Below, piece by piece: positions 18,050-27,973 of a DNA stretch of 64,000 nt. The DNA is from a virus (Duplodnaviria; Caudoviricetes): IMG/VR virus record IMGVR_UViG_3300030376_006980, positions 22,980-86,979 of that record. One strand, 5' to 3'. The position numbers and the translations under genes were made by a program. The stretch's first letter is position 1. The number at the start of each line of letters is the position of its first letter. The notes beneath the pieces are model-generated. The model did not search any database. It saw only the letters and a list, made by a program, of their open reading frames with translations, and was not told where the DNA came from.

Positions 18050-18448
18050 ATGTACACATTTATTAACGGCTTTAAGCCAGTAACACAAGCAAGAAAAATC
18101 AATGAAAATATTGATACTTTATTAAAAGATCCTTTCTGGGATGAATTTGAAAACTTTTTTACAAAACCATCAAAAGGTTGGCATTGTATTAAAGAAGATA
18201 AAAATTGGATATTGGAAATCGCAATACCAGGATTAACTAAAGAAGATTTAAAAGTAAAAATGATTAAAGGTGAATTAAGTATTGTCTCCACTAATGAAGA
18301 TAACATTTGGTTAGGATCCTTTGATAAACGCTTTACTTTACCTGAAGAAATTAATACTAAAAAGATTAAGGCAAAGGTAGAGAATGGAGTTCTAACTTTA
18401 ACATTACCAATAAAAGAAGAAACTGAAAATTTTATTGATGTAAAGTAA
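18050..18448 (+). CDS. small heat-shock protein Hsp20 (start corrected to ATG 18050)
   Basis: IPGLTKEDLKV, FDKRFTLPEEI, IKAKVENGVLTLTLP. Confidence 0.9.
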   Translation: MYTFINGFKPVTQARKINENIDTLLKDPFWDEFENFFTKPSKGWHCIKEDKNWILEIAIPGLTKEDLKVKMIKGELSIVSTNEDNIWLGSFDKRFTLPEEINTKKIKAKVENGVLTLTLPIKEETENFIDVK

Positions 18449-18505
18449 AACAATCTGTTTAGTTATGTATATAAATATTAAATATATTTAAAAATTAACG
18501 TTAAC

Positions 18506-18781
18506 ATGAACAAAGAAGAAAATACTCAAGAAAATCCAGAACAAGTAAACCCAACCGGTGAACTTAATGGTCAGCAGGCATTAAATGTTTTAATCCAAGC
18601 TGTTAGAATTGCACAAGGTAAAGGCGCATATACTTTGGAGGATGCAGAATTAATTGCGAGAGCTATTAAAGTATTCGTTCCACCAACTCCTGCTGGAGAA
18701 GAAGGGACAGAAAATGATCCAGTAGTAAACACAGAAGAAGAAGCTCCGGCTGAACCTGTAATGACTAAAGTTGAGAATTAA
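18506..18781 (+). CDS. hypothetical protein
   Basis: ALNVLIQAVRIAQGKGAYTLEDA core with acidic tails. Confidence 0.7.
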   Translation: MNKEENTQENPEQVNPTGELNGQQALNVLIQAVRIAQGKGAYTLEDAELIARAIKVFVPPTPAGEEGTENDPVVNTEEEAPAEPVMTKVEN

Positions 18782-18802
18782 ACTTACTTGTAATTCTGAA
18801 AG

Positions 18803-18828
18803 AGGGATCCAGAAATGGGTCCCTTTTT
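18803..18828 (+). terminator. rho-independent terminator
   Basis: AGGGATCCA-GAAA-TGGGTCCCT followed by TTTT. Confidence 0.9.
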
Positions 18829-18850
18829 AGTTAATATATAATACAAATAT

Positions 18851-19510
18851 ATGGCAATGGTTGAGTTAGAAGAATTAAAGAAATATTGTGAAGGTAAAAA
18901 AATTATTATTGTAGGTAATTCTTCAAAAATACTTAACGGTACACATGGTCGTTTAATTGATAGTTATGATATTGTAGTTAGAATTAATAAAGGATATTTC
19001 CAGAGACAAGGCCTTTATTCTAGACAAATTGGTATAAAGACAAATATTTTATCATTAGGTATGAAATCGGCTTCTTTTGCTGCTAATGTTATTCGAGGAA
19101 ATCTTATTAAGTACATTTTAAGCCCTATCATATATAGTGAAAGATTGGAATATTCTAATGTATATGATGTACAAGCAGATGTTTATAATCAATTAAAAAA
19201 TGAATTAGGAGGATTTAAACCTTCTACTGGAATAAGTACTTATAATTTTTTAAATAGAAATATGAATTTTGAGAGATTAGATTTAATAGGATTTGATTTT
19301 TTTGAAAGTTCAGTTAGGCAGAGAAATCAATTAGGACATTGCTATGTTCCAGATCATCATGGTATTAAAGAATCTAAATTTTTTGAAAACTCAAAGGATC
19401 CTAATAAAACTTTACTTCATCCAATTCATGGCCCTAATAATGCCGTGATAAATAATCTACCAGTATATCATAAATCAAATTTTATAATTAAAAACAATCG
19501 AAAGAGATGA
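18851..19510 (+). CDS. GT29 (sialyltransferase)-like glycosyltransferase
   Basis: IIIVGNSS...GRLIDSYDIVVRIN resembles sialylmotif L; PSTG...LDLIGFDFF resembles sialylmotif S. Confidence 0.7.
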   Translation: MAMVELEELKKYCEGKKIIIVGNSSKILNGTHGRLIDSYDIVVRINKGYFQRQGLYSRQIGIKTNILSLGMKSASFAANVIRGNLIKYILSPIIYSERLEYSNVYDVQADVYNQLKNELGGFKPSTGISTYNFLNRNMNFERLDLIGFDFFESSVRQRNQLGHCYVPDHHGIKESKFFENSKDPNKTLLHPIHGPNNAVINNLPVYHKSNFIIKNNRKR

Positions 19511-21036
19511 GTCGTCGAAGAATAAAGAAAATAACACAAGATCCTCATTCTTATGGTAATGAACCAAAGCAGTTTCCACGAGTGTCTGTTAGACCTAATA
19601 GCGTTAATCATATCCATAATGTTAAACAAAATATACAGAAAAGAAGTTTTAATAGAACTCCTAGAACTCCTTTAACACAACCTATTAAAAAACCTATTAA
19701 TTTTATAACCAATGAATTTAAAAATGTAAAAAAAGATATATGTTTTGTTATTGGAGGCGGACCTTCATTAAATGGGTTTGACTTTACACAGCTTAACGGT
19801 TTTGATACTATAGCGGTAAATAAAGCAGTAGAGTATGTTCCTAATCCTACATACTTTATCACTACAGATTATTCTTATTTTATTAAAGCTTCATTACCAA
19901 TAGATCAAATTAAACTAAAAACTCATAAGTGTTATTTTGTAGCTAATATGTCTCATCATTATATGAAATTAAAAGGAGGGCAAATTATTGATACACGTAG
20001 AAATTTTGCTTATGAAGATCTTTGGCAGTATGACGGTGTAATTCAATCTTATAATAAAGAAGGGTTTTCATCTAGCATAAATGAATTTTCAAATGGAGAA
20101 AACAGTGGACACTGTGGTATTCAGCTTGCATTATTATTAGGATATAAAAAGATTTATTTGTTAGGTTTTGATTTAAATGATACTGGCCAAACTCATTTCC
20201 ATCAATCATATAGAGAACATGATCAAAGGTCTTTTAAAAAGAGAGTAGGTAGTTATGCGCAAACTTTACTAGGATCTTTAGCTAATTACAAAGGATCACA
20301 GAAAATTATTAACTTATCTCAACAAAGTATATTAAATAATTCACCACATATTAAAACAGAATCTTTTAGAGATGTTTTAGAAAAACATAATGGAACATCA
20401 CAACAAAATATAGATCCTAATGATAATTCTACTTTAGATAATTTGATGATAGTTGGTTACTATACTGTAAACACACCATACGAGGAAGAGGCTCAAAATT
20501 TATTAGAATCTTTAAATAGGTTAGGTTTAAATCATGATATTAGTGGAGTAAAAACTTTAGGTAATTGGCAAGCTAATACCAGATTTAAGGCTGGGTTTAT
20601 GTTAGATATGTTAATTAAGTGGCCTAATCATCGACTACTTTATGTTGACTGTGATGCTGTAATTCATAAGTCTCCTGATCTATTTAAAAATTATAAATGT
20701 GATATTGCTGTAAGGTGGCAAGACTTTAGATGGAGAAAGAATGAATGTTTAAGTGGAACTATTTATATGGAAAACAACGAAAGAACAAAACAGATATGTG
20801 AAATGTGGAGAGACATTAATATTGAGGAAGGTAATAAGACTAAACGTATGGAACAGTGGAATCTTGATACAGTTATTAATAAAATGAAAAAGAATTCTAA
20901 TTTTACTTACAAAAATTTACCACCAGAGTATACTATGATATTTGATAGTATGAGAGGTATGTATCCTAACATAGTACCTGTCATTGAACACTTCCAGGCA
21001 AGTAGGAGATTTAGAAATGATGTAAATAAGAAATAA
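19507..21036 (+). CDS. Maf/MptE-like (DUF115-type) domain fused to a GT-A glycosyltransferase
   Basis: CFVIGGGPSL...TIAVN and NSGHCGIQLALLLGYKKIYLLGFD; C-terminal domain with LLYVDCDA (DxD). Confidence 0.7.
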   Translation: MSRRRIKKITQDPHSYGNEPKQFPRVSVRPNSVNHIHNVKQNIQKRSFNRTPRTPLTQPIKKPINFITNEFKNVKKDICFVIGGGPSLNGFDFTQLNGFDTIAVNKAVEYVPNPTYFITTDYSYFIKASLPIDQIKLKTHKCYFVANMSHHYMKLKGGQIIDTRRNFAYEDLWQYDGVIQSYNKEGFSSSINEFSNGENSGHCGIQLALLLGYKKIYLLGFDLNDTGQTHFHQSYREHDQRSFKKRVGSYAQTLLGSLANYKGSQKIINLSQQSILNNSPHIKTESFRDVLEKHNGTSQQNIDPNDNSTLDNLMIVGYYTVNTPYEEEAQNLLESLNRLGLNHDISGVKTLGNWQANTRFKAGFMLDMLIKWPNHRLLYVDCDAVIHKSPDLFKNYKCDIAVRWQDFRWRKNECLSGTIYMENNERTKQICEMWRDINIEEGNKTKRMEQWNLDTVINKMKKNSNFTYKNLPPEYTMIFDSMRGMYPNIVPVIEHFQASRRFRNDVNKK

Positions 21037-21037
21037 A

Positions 21038-21769
21038 ATGAAAAGAGTAACTATACTTATACCTACACATAATAGAGGAGATTTATTAGGAAAAACAATT
21101 AGTAATTGTTTTAAACAAACCTATAAAGATTTTAATATTTTAATTTATGATGATGGAAGTACTGATAATACTTCTACTATTATTAAGAATTTGCAACTTA
21201 GTTTTCCTAATAGAATTCAATATCTTAAAGGTAAGAGTAACCACGGAATAGGTTATTCCAGGCATAAATTATTAAAGAATCTTTCTACTGAATTTGGTGT
21301 TTGGTTAGATAGTGATGATTATATGAAAGGTGATAGGCTAGCCAAATGCGTTAATTACTTAGATTCTAATCCTAGTGTTGATATTGTTTTTTCTTATCTT
21401 AAAAGATTCCATGAAGAAAATAAAGGAGCATTTACTCCAATGGGTGATGAGATTAAAATTGATGTTTCTACTTATGATAAAACTAATTATAGAAGCTTAC
21501 ATTCTAATACTGCTTGCGCTACTGCATTCTTTAGAAAAAGTTTACAAAAGCATGAAGTTGTTCCATTAAGATATGGTAGTGAAGATGTTTTATGGTTATG
21601 GAAATTATTAAATGCTGATATTAAAGTTGGACAAATAAATGAAGCTTTATATTTTTATCGTTCACATAATCAAAGATTAGGTATACAGAAAAAGAAATTA
21701 AATAAAGAAGATAAAATACCTGAAGAAATTATAATTCATCAAAAAATAGAAGAATATAGAAATGGATAA
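21038..21769 (+). CDS. GT2 glycosyltransferase
   Basis: ILIPTHNR, IYDDGSTDNT, WLDSDD, GSED. Confidence 0.9.
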   Translation: MKRVTILIPTHNRGDLLGKTISNCFKQTYKDFNILIYDDGSTDNTSTIIKNLQLSFPNRIQYLKGKSNHGIGYSRHKLLKNLSTEFGVWLDSDDYMKGDRLAKCVNYLDSNPSVDIVFSYLKRFHEENKGAFTPMGDEIKIDVSTYDKTNYRSLHSNTACATAFFRKSLQKHEVVPLRYGSEDVLWLWKLLNADIKVGQINEALYFYRSHNQRLGIQKKKLNKEDKIPEEIIIHQKIEEYRNG

Positions 21770-22529
21770 TACAATATATGCAAGATGGTATAAACATACA
21801 CCTAACTGGGGAGATGCGTTAAATAAAGTAATGATTGAAAGAATATCAGGTAAAAAACTTAAATGGGTTAATACTAATGATGGTAATACAAAGCAAAAAT
21901 ATATTGTATTAGGAAGTATTTTACAGTGGGCAGATGAACATACTATTTTATGGGGTCCAGGTTTTATAGGGGATGATCGTAGATTATCTAAAAAACCAAA
22001 AAAGATTTGTGCTGTAAGAGGTCCTCTTACTAGAGAAATAATTATAAATCAAGGATTTGATTGTCCTGAAGTTTATGGAGACCCTGCTTTACTTTATCCA
22101 AGATTATATAATCCTATGCATATTAAAAAGAAACATAAGATAGGAATTATTCCTCATTACATTGATGCAAAGAATCCTTGGATCCAAAGATGTAAAAGAT
22201 ACGGAGTTAAAATAATTAACATATTAGATCCTGTTAACAAAGTAGTTGATGAAATATTAGAATGTGAAAAAATAGCTGCAAGTTCTTTGCATGGTATTAT
22301 TGCAGCTGATGCTTATGGTGTACCTTCTACTTGGATAGAACTTTCGGATAAAGTTCTTGGTAAAGGATTTAAATTCAGAGATTACTTTATGTCTGTAGGA
22401 AGAAAAGATAGAGAACCCTTAAGAATAACTGAAACCACTAGATTGAAAGAAGTTTATAATCAATTTTATGACTATAAGATTAATATAGATTTAGATAAAT
22501 TATGGGCAGCTTGTCCATTTAAAAAATAA
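21762..22529 (+). CDS. polysaccharide pyruvyltransferase-family protein
   Basis: NWGDALN, AVRGPLT, YGDPALL, IIPHY, SSLHGII, FKFRDY. Confidence 0.85.
   Translation: MDNTIYARWYKHTPNWGDALNKVMIERISGKKLKWVNTNDGNTKQKYIVLGSILQWADEHTILWGPGFIGDDRRLSKKPKKICAVRGPLTREIIINQGFDCPEVYGDPALLYPRLYNPMHIKKKHKIGIIPHYIDAKNPWIQRCKRYGVKIINILDPVNKVVDEILECEKIAASSLHGIIAADAYGVPSTWIELSDKVLGKGFKFRDYFMSVGRKDREPLRITETTRLKEVYNQFYDYKINIDLDKLWAACPFKK
22050..22105 (+). repeat. 56-nt exact repeat, copy 1 (copy 2 at 23703-23758)
   Basis: CAAGGATTTGATTGTCCTGAAGTTTATGGAGACCCTGCTTTACTTTATCCAAGATT is identical in both pyruvyltransferase paralogs. Confidence 0.9.
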
Positions 22530-22538
22530 ATTCATATA

Positions 22539-24209
22539 ATGAATAATCATAAAATAAGAATAAACTTTTCTCATCATTATACGAGGCATATCTTAGCAGC
22601 ATTAAAAACTACTGGTGCTGATATAGAGCACGATCCTAACATTAAACCAGAATTTATTTATGTTAATGATGAATTGGTTGGTTACATTGCATGGTGGGAC
22701 TCTCTTAAATTTACTCCAGCTAATCTTAAAGATATGGCAGATCATGATTTTAAAATTATTTTTAAGTTTCATTACAGTCCTAATGTTATAGATTATTCAA
22801 TATATGGTAAATATGAAAATAGAATAGTACCTTGTGGATTATGGAGAACCTGGGAGACTGAAGATTCTAATTATAAATGGGATAAGAATAATATACTTAA
22901 TAGACCAAGACCTATTGATCTTACTGCTCAAATGAGACATATTAATACAAGCAAACAATGGTACCCATGGTCTCATGCAAGATTTAAACTTAAAAAGATT
23001 GCAGAGGATATGAATAAGAGAGGATTTAATACTTCTTTTAAAATGATAGGTAGAAAAAATTATGAGAAAAGATTATTAGATACTAATGCAGCTTTTATTT
23101 GGAGTGCTACATCATACTTAGGTTGGAAAGTATGTGAATTTTTAGAACAAGGTGTTATAATGATAACAGAGCCATTAGGTAAGGATTATCCATTATGTAA
23201 TGATGTTGTATTAGAAGATAATGTTCATTGTGTATTTTGTGATGATCCTAATAAATTTGAAGACACTGTTAAAAAACTATTAGCAGATCCTCAGAGAATT
23301 AGAAGAATAAGAAAAAATATTTTGCATCTGTGGGAAACTAAATTAACACAAAAGCACGTAGGAAAATGGTATTTAGAAAAAATAATAAAAACTTACGAAG
23401 AAATGAAACCAAAAGAAAGCATAAATGTTTCTTGGTGGAATAAAGATGGAAAAAACTGGGGTGATGCTCTTAATCCTGTTTTAGCAAAACATATTTCAGG
23501 TAAAAATATTAATTGGATAAAAACCGGTGAAAAGAGTAATGAACAAAGATATTATTGTATAGGAAGTATATTACAATCATCTATGTCTGAAGGGAGTGAA
23601 ATATGGGGTACAGGTTTAATGAGATATGAACATAAATTAAAAGTTAAACCTAAAAAAATTCATGCAGTAAGAGGACCTTTAACTAGAGATAGTTTAATTA
23701 AACAAGGATTTGATTGTCCTGAAGTTTATGGAGACCCTGCTTTACTTTATCCAAGATTTTACAATCCTAATATTGATAAGAAATATGAATGGGGTATTAT
23801 TCCTCATTACGTAGATAAAAACCATCCTTGGTTAGACAGGTTTAGAAAAATGAAACATGTAAAAATCATTGATATTTTCGATCCTATTAATAAAGTGGTA
23901 GATGAAATAAAAAGTTGTAATAGAATATTGTCCAGTTCTCTACATGGTGTTATTGCTGGAGATGCTTATGGTGTACCTTCTAAGTGGATAGTTCTTGGTG
24001 GAACAATTGGTGGTATGGAAAGATATGAAGGAAAGGTTTCGTGTTTTAAGTTTAGAGATTATTATGCATCAGTTAAAAGGACTGACATTGAACCTATTTT
24101 ATGTACTCCTAACATAAGATTATTAGATATTAAAAAACAATTTGTAGATTATAAAATTGATATTGATTTAGATCTTCTTTATGAATCTTGCCCTTTTAAA
24201 CAATCTTAA
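22539..24209 (+). CDS. GT-B-like domain fused to a second polysaccharide pyruvyltransferase domain
   Basis: N-terminal half resembles glycosyltransferase C-domains (WKVCEFLEQG, VHCVFCD); C-terminal NWGDALN...SSLHG...FKFRDY. Confidence 0.75.
   Translation: MNNHKIRINFSHHYTRHILAALKTTGADIEHDPNIKPEFIYVNDELVGYIAWWDSLKFTPANLKDMADHDFKIIFKFHYSPNVIDYSIYGKYENRIVPCGLWRTWETEDSNYKWDKNNILNRPRPIDLTAQMRHINTSKQWYPWSHARFKLKKIAEDMNKRGFNTSFKMIGRKNYEKRLLDTNAAFIWSATSYLGWKVCEFLEQGVIMITEPLGKDYPLCNDVVLEDNVHCVFCDDPNKFEDTVKKLLADPQRIRRIRKNILHLWETKLTQKHVGKWYLEKIIKTYEEMKPKESINVSWWNKDGKNWGDALNPVLAKHISGKNINWIKTGEKSNEQRYYCIGSILQSSMSEGSEIWGTGLMRYEHKLKVKPKKIHAVRGPLTRDSLIKQGFDCPEVYGDPALLYPRFYNPNIDKKYEWGIIPHYVDKNHPWLDRFRKMKHVKIIDIFDPINKVVDEIKSCNRILSSSLHGVIAGDAYGVPSKWIVLGGTIGGMERYEGKVSCFKFRDYYASVKRTDIEPILCTPNIRLLDIKKQFVDYKIDIDLDLLYESCPFKQS
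23703..23758 (+). repeat. 56-nt exact repeat, copy 2
   Basis: Identical to 22050-22105. Confidence 0.9.
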
Positions 24210-24240
24210 TTTTAAACATATAAAAATAAATACTCTTATT

Positions 24241-24882
24241 ATGAAAAACATATATGATGTAACTGAAACATTTGAAAATCAATTAGCAAATTACACTGGT
24301 GCTAAATATGTTGTGACTGTAGATAATGCAAGTAATGGGCTCTTTTTAGCTTTATACTATGAAAATCATGTAAAGAAGAGTATTAAGAACAATACAATAA
24401 CTATTCCTAATCGTACTTACCCATCAGTACCTTGTGAGATTATTCATGCAGGTTTAAAAGTAGGTTGGGAAAAGGTAAAAGGAAAAACAATTAAAGGTGC
24501 GTATCCACTTAAAGGATCTAATGTATGGGATGCTGCATTATCTTTTACTCATAATATGTATAAACCTAATACTCATATGTGTTGTTCCTTTACAGGACCT
24601 TATAAACATTTTAAATTATCTAAAGGTGGTGCCATCTTAACTGATGATTATGATGCCTATCTTTGGTTTAGGAGAGCAAGATATAGCGGGAGAAGACCAG
24701 TTTCATATCATGATGATAATTTTGATATGTTAGGTTGGAATTTTTATATGATGCCAGAATTAGCAGCAAGAGGAATATTATTGATGGGCCAGTTTTATGA
24801 TTTAAATGGAATGCCTATTTATAATGAAGATAAAGAAATGCCATATCCAGATTTAAGTAAGTTTAAAATTTACAATCAATAA
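24241..24882 (+). CDS. compact DegT/DnrJ/EryC1/StrS sugar aminotransferase (start corrected)
   Basis: FENQLANYTGAKYVVTVDNASNGL, WDAA, SFTGPYKH (PLP Lys), GGAILTDD, GWNFYM. Confidence 0.8.
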   Translation: MKNIYDVTETFENQLANYTGAKYVVTVDNASNGLFLALYYENHVKKSIKNNTITIPNRTYPSVPCEIIHAGLKVGWEKVKGKTIKGAYPLKGSNVWDAALSFTHNMYKPNTHMCCSFTGPYKHFKLSKGGAILTDDYDAYLWFRRARYSGRRPVSYHDDNFDMLGWNFYMMPELAARGILLMGQFYDLNGMPIYNEDKEMPYPDLSKFKIYNQ

Positions 24883-24890
24883 ATTATAAG

Positions 24891-25676
24891 ATGAGCGAAT
24901 ATTTACACCCATCAATAAATGATAATACATTAGTTGAAATTTTAAAAGAAAAAGTTAGAACTAATACACCATTTGCTTTAACTAGATTTGGAGATGGCGA
25001 AATTTTTATTATCAATAAAAATGCTCGTGAAAAATTCTTAATTAAAAATTTAAACCTTTGGGGTTATAAGTATCCTAGTGAAATTAATTCTTTTTATAAT
25101 GATTGCAATAGAGTATTAAAAAATGCTTTTATCAAATCAGATATAATAGGATTAATGAATAAAGATTGGGCTTTTGGAAATTTATCACATTCAGCAAGTC
25201 AATTAAGATCTTTTTATAGGGCATGGTCTATTAACACTGATATTGTAAAAGGTATGGGTTTAAATCCAGAAAAATTGAAAATATGTAATCACATGGTAAG
25301 TAGGTCACGTGAACTAGGTTCTATTCAAGGTTTTAAAGATATTATCCAAGGTAAAGATTTTCATATAATTTCACCTAATGTAGAATTACATAAAAGTAAA
25401 AATTTAGAAAAGTTTTTTGATGTTAATATAGGTTACACTCATCATCCACATTCTCTTAATTTTAATAACAGAAAGGAATTTATAAGTAACTTTAAAAACA
25501 TAAAAGAAGATATTGTAATTATGGGAATAGGTTTACAAAAAGATTATGGTGTTATTCTTAGAGATGAATGTGGAAAGATTGCTATAGACATGGGTGCAAC
25601 GATGGATGCATGGGCAGGGATTAAAAGTAGAGCATGGTTTAAAGAAGGAGGAAAACAAGACTATTTATTATTATGA
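24891..25676 (+). CDS. GT-D-fold (DUF1792-like) putative glycosyltransferase
   Basis: FALTRFGDGE; IAIDMGATMD. Confidence 0.6.
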   Translation: MSEYLHPSINDNTLVEILKEKVRTNTPFALTRFGDGEIFIINKNAREKFLIKNLNLWGYKYPSEINSFYNDCNRVLKNAFIKSDIIGLMNKDWAFGNLSHSASQLRSFYRAWSINTDIVKGMGLNPEKLKICNHMVSRSRELGSIQGFKDIIQGKDFHIISPNVELHKSKNLEKFFDVNIGYTHHPHSLNFNNRKEFISNFKNIKEDIVIMGIGLQKDYGVILRDECGKIAIDMGATMDAWAGIKSRAWFKEGGKQDYLLL

Positions 25677-26332
25677 AAATATTTTGTATAGGATATAATA
25701 AGACCGGTACAACTTCTCTTTATCAATCTATTAAAGAATTAGGTAAATACAATCGTAATGCAAAAAGAGTGTTTATGCCTGAAGGAGAATTACTAATGCA
25801 TAGTGTAGCAAAAGGTAATTTAAAAGCTGTTACTGATTGGGTTGAGAAAAGAAATGATATAGAATTATTTAAGGATGTTCCGTTTAGTATACCCGGTGTG
25901 TGGAAAGCTATTTATAAAAAATATCCAGATGCTATTTATATTTTAAGTGAAAGAGATTCAAGTGAACAGTGGTATAATTCTATTGTTAATTTTCACCGAG
26001 GTTTTTATTCCTCTGATAATCCTTCATGGGACGATGTTTCTGAAGTTTCATACGGATATAAGAAAACTGAAAACTATAATAGTTTTATGTATGATTACTT
26101 ATCTTATACATTTGGTAAAGAATTACAACCTTATGATAAAGATAATTTTATAGCTTCATATGAATCATATAATAACGAAATCAAAGAATTTTTTAAAGAT
26201 AAGGATAACTTTATTTCTATCAATGTTTCTAATGATAATGATTATTTAAAAGTATGTTCACTTCTAGGAAAGAATCCTATAAGTAATAAATTCTTAAAGC
26301 TTAAGGTAACTGGATTACCAGAAACTTGGTAA
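25673..26332 (+). CDS. sulfotransferase-family protein
   Basis: IFCIGYNKTGTTSL (5'-PSB loop); YILSERDSSEQWYNS (3'-PB). Confidence 0.75.
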   Translation: MKIFCIGYNKTGTTSLYQSIKELGKYNRNAKRVFMPEGELLMHSVAKGNLKAVTDWVEKRNDIELFKDVPFSIPGVWKAIYKKYPDAIYILSERDSSEQWYNSIVNFHRGFYSSDNPSWDDVSEVSYGYKKTENYNSFMYDYLSYTFGKELQPYDKDNFIASYESYNNEIKEFFKDKDNFISINVSNDNDYLKVCSLLGKNPISNKFLKLKVTGLPETW

Positions 26333-26348
26333 ATAAAAATACAATATA

Positions 26349-26993
26349 ATGATAGAAAATATTAAAAAGATTTTACAAAAAGAAATTGATGCTATTGGAA
26401 ATATTCCTTTAGATAATAATTATAAAGGTGCAGTTAATTTAATTATAGGTTGTAATAAATTAGTAACTTCAGGAATGGGTAAAGCTGGGCAAATTGCTTT
26501 AAACATTTCAACCACATTTAGTTCAACTGGAACACCATCTGTTTACTTACATCCTAGTGAAGCACAACATGGAGATTTAGGAATTTTACAAGAAGGTGAT
26601 GTTTTACTTTTACTTTCCAATTCAGGAAAGACTAGAGAAATTTTAGAATTAATACAATTAGCAAAAAACATATATCCTAATATTCATATAATCAGCATAA
26701 CAGGCAAAAAAGAAAGTGAACTATGTAAACAATCAGATATATGTTTACACATTGGTGATGCTGAAGAAATTTGCCCTTTAGGATTAACACCTACAATTTC
26801 AACAACTCTTATGACTGTTATGGGTGATCTGCTTGTAGTTGAAACAATGAAAGCAATAGGCTTTACTAAAAAGGAATATTCAAAAAGACATCACAGTGGT
26901 TATTTAGGACAAAAAAGTAAAGAAGAATCAAAATATCCACCTGGTAGTTTATTAAATGAATTACCTCCTAGTGATTATCAATTAGATAACTAA
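26349..26993 (+). CDS. kdsD: D-arabinose-5-phosphate isomerase (SIS domain only, no CBS)
   Basis: SGMGKAGQIA, STGTPSVYLHPSEAQHGDLG, SNSGKTRE, LTPTIST, HHSGYLG. Confidence 0.9.
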   Translation: MIENIKKILQKEIDAIGNIPLDNNYKGAVNLIIGCNKLVTSGMGKAGQIALNISTTFSSTGTPSVYLHPSEAQHGDLGILQEGDVLLLLSNSGKTREILELIQLAKNIYPNIHIISITGKKESELCKQSDICLHIGDAEEICPLGLTPTISTTLMTVMGDLLVVETMKAIGFTKKEYSKRHHSGYLGQKSKEESKYPPGSLLNELPPSDYQLDN

Positions 26994-27703
26994 TGAAAAA
27001 AGTAATTGCAATTATACCTGCAAGGTGGGGATCCACTAGGTTACCAGGAAAACCTTTAGCTGACATTAATGGCAAGCCTATGATACAGTGGGTATATGAA
27101 GCCGTACAAAAATCTAAAGCAGATAAAGTTGTAGTGGCTACCGATCATAATCTTATCTTTGAAGCAGTAAATAATTTTGGTGGAGAAGCAGTCATGACTA
27201 ATCCTAAACATTTAACAGGAACTGATAGAATTTTAGAAGCTTATCAATCCTACAAGGATGATTATAATTTTGTAATAAATGTACAAGGTGATGAACCTAT
27301 AATTAATGAACAGGATATTAATAATCTGATTGCTACATTATATAGAGATCCTTATTGTATAGCAACTTTAATAGGTTCAATTACCCCGAAGCAAAAACTT
27401 GATAGAAATACTGTTAAAGCTATTTATGATCAAGAAAGAATAATAATGTTTACTAGGAGCCCATTATTCGGATCTCCTTTATTTGTTAAAAGACATATTG
27501 GAATTTATGGGTTTAATAAAGCAATGGCAGAACGTATTGATAATAACATAATGATTGAAACTTCAAATGAAATTGTAGAAAACCTTGAGCAACTAAGATG
27601 GGGTGAGAATGGAATTGAATTTACATATGCTTTTGCGGATGGTTTATATAAAGGAATAGATACACAAGAAGATTTAGATTATGTAAGAACTTACTTAAAC
27701 TAA
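26993..27703 (+). CDS. kdsB: CMP-Kdo synthetase (3-deoxy-manno-octulosonate cytidylyltransferase)
   Basis: IIPARWGSTRLPGKPL, TGTDR, INVQGDEP, HIGIYG, ENLEQLR, GIDT. Confidence 0.9.
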   Translation: MKKVIAIIPARWGSTRLPGKPLADINGKPMIQWVYEAVQKSKADKVVVATDHNLIFEAVNNFGGEAVMTNPKHLTGTDRILEAYQSYKDDYNFVINVQGDEPIINEQDINNLIATLYRDPYCIATLIGSITPKQKLDRNTVKAIYDQERIIMFTRSPLFGSPLFVKRHIGIYGFNKAMAERIDNNIMIETSNEIVENLEQLRWGENGIEFTYAFADGLYKGIDTQEDLDYVRTYLN

Positions 27704-27735
27704 ATTTAAAAATTACATATAATAATAAATGGATT

Positions 27736-27966
27736 ATGTTTAAATTATATCAGAAAATTAGAAGTTGGTTTTTACCAAAACACGAAGGATCATTTGGATG
27801 GTCACCAGAAGAATTTGTAAAGGCTAGGAGATGGGCTAAAACACAACCTCATCCTTCAGTTCCACAATTAAGCTTATGGGACTTTGTGAATTCTAATCAT
27901 ATTGATTCTGAATATAAATTAAATGCAATTAATAAAGTTAAAACAAATAATAAGTCCACCATATAA
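27736..27966 (+). CDS. hypothetical protein
   Basis: 76 aa ORF after the class II motif at 27697-27729. Confidence 0.6.
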   Translation: MFKLYQKIRSWFLPKHEGSFGWSPEEFVKARRWAKTQPHPSVPQLSLWDFVNSNHIDSEYKLNAINKVKTNNKSTI

Positions 27967-27973
27967 TTAAATA

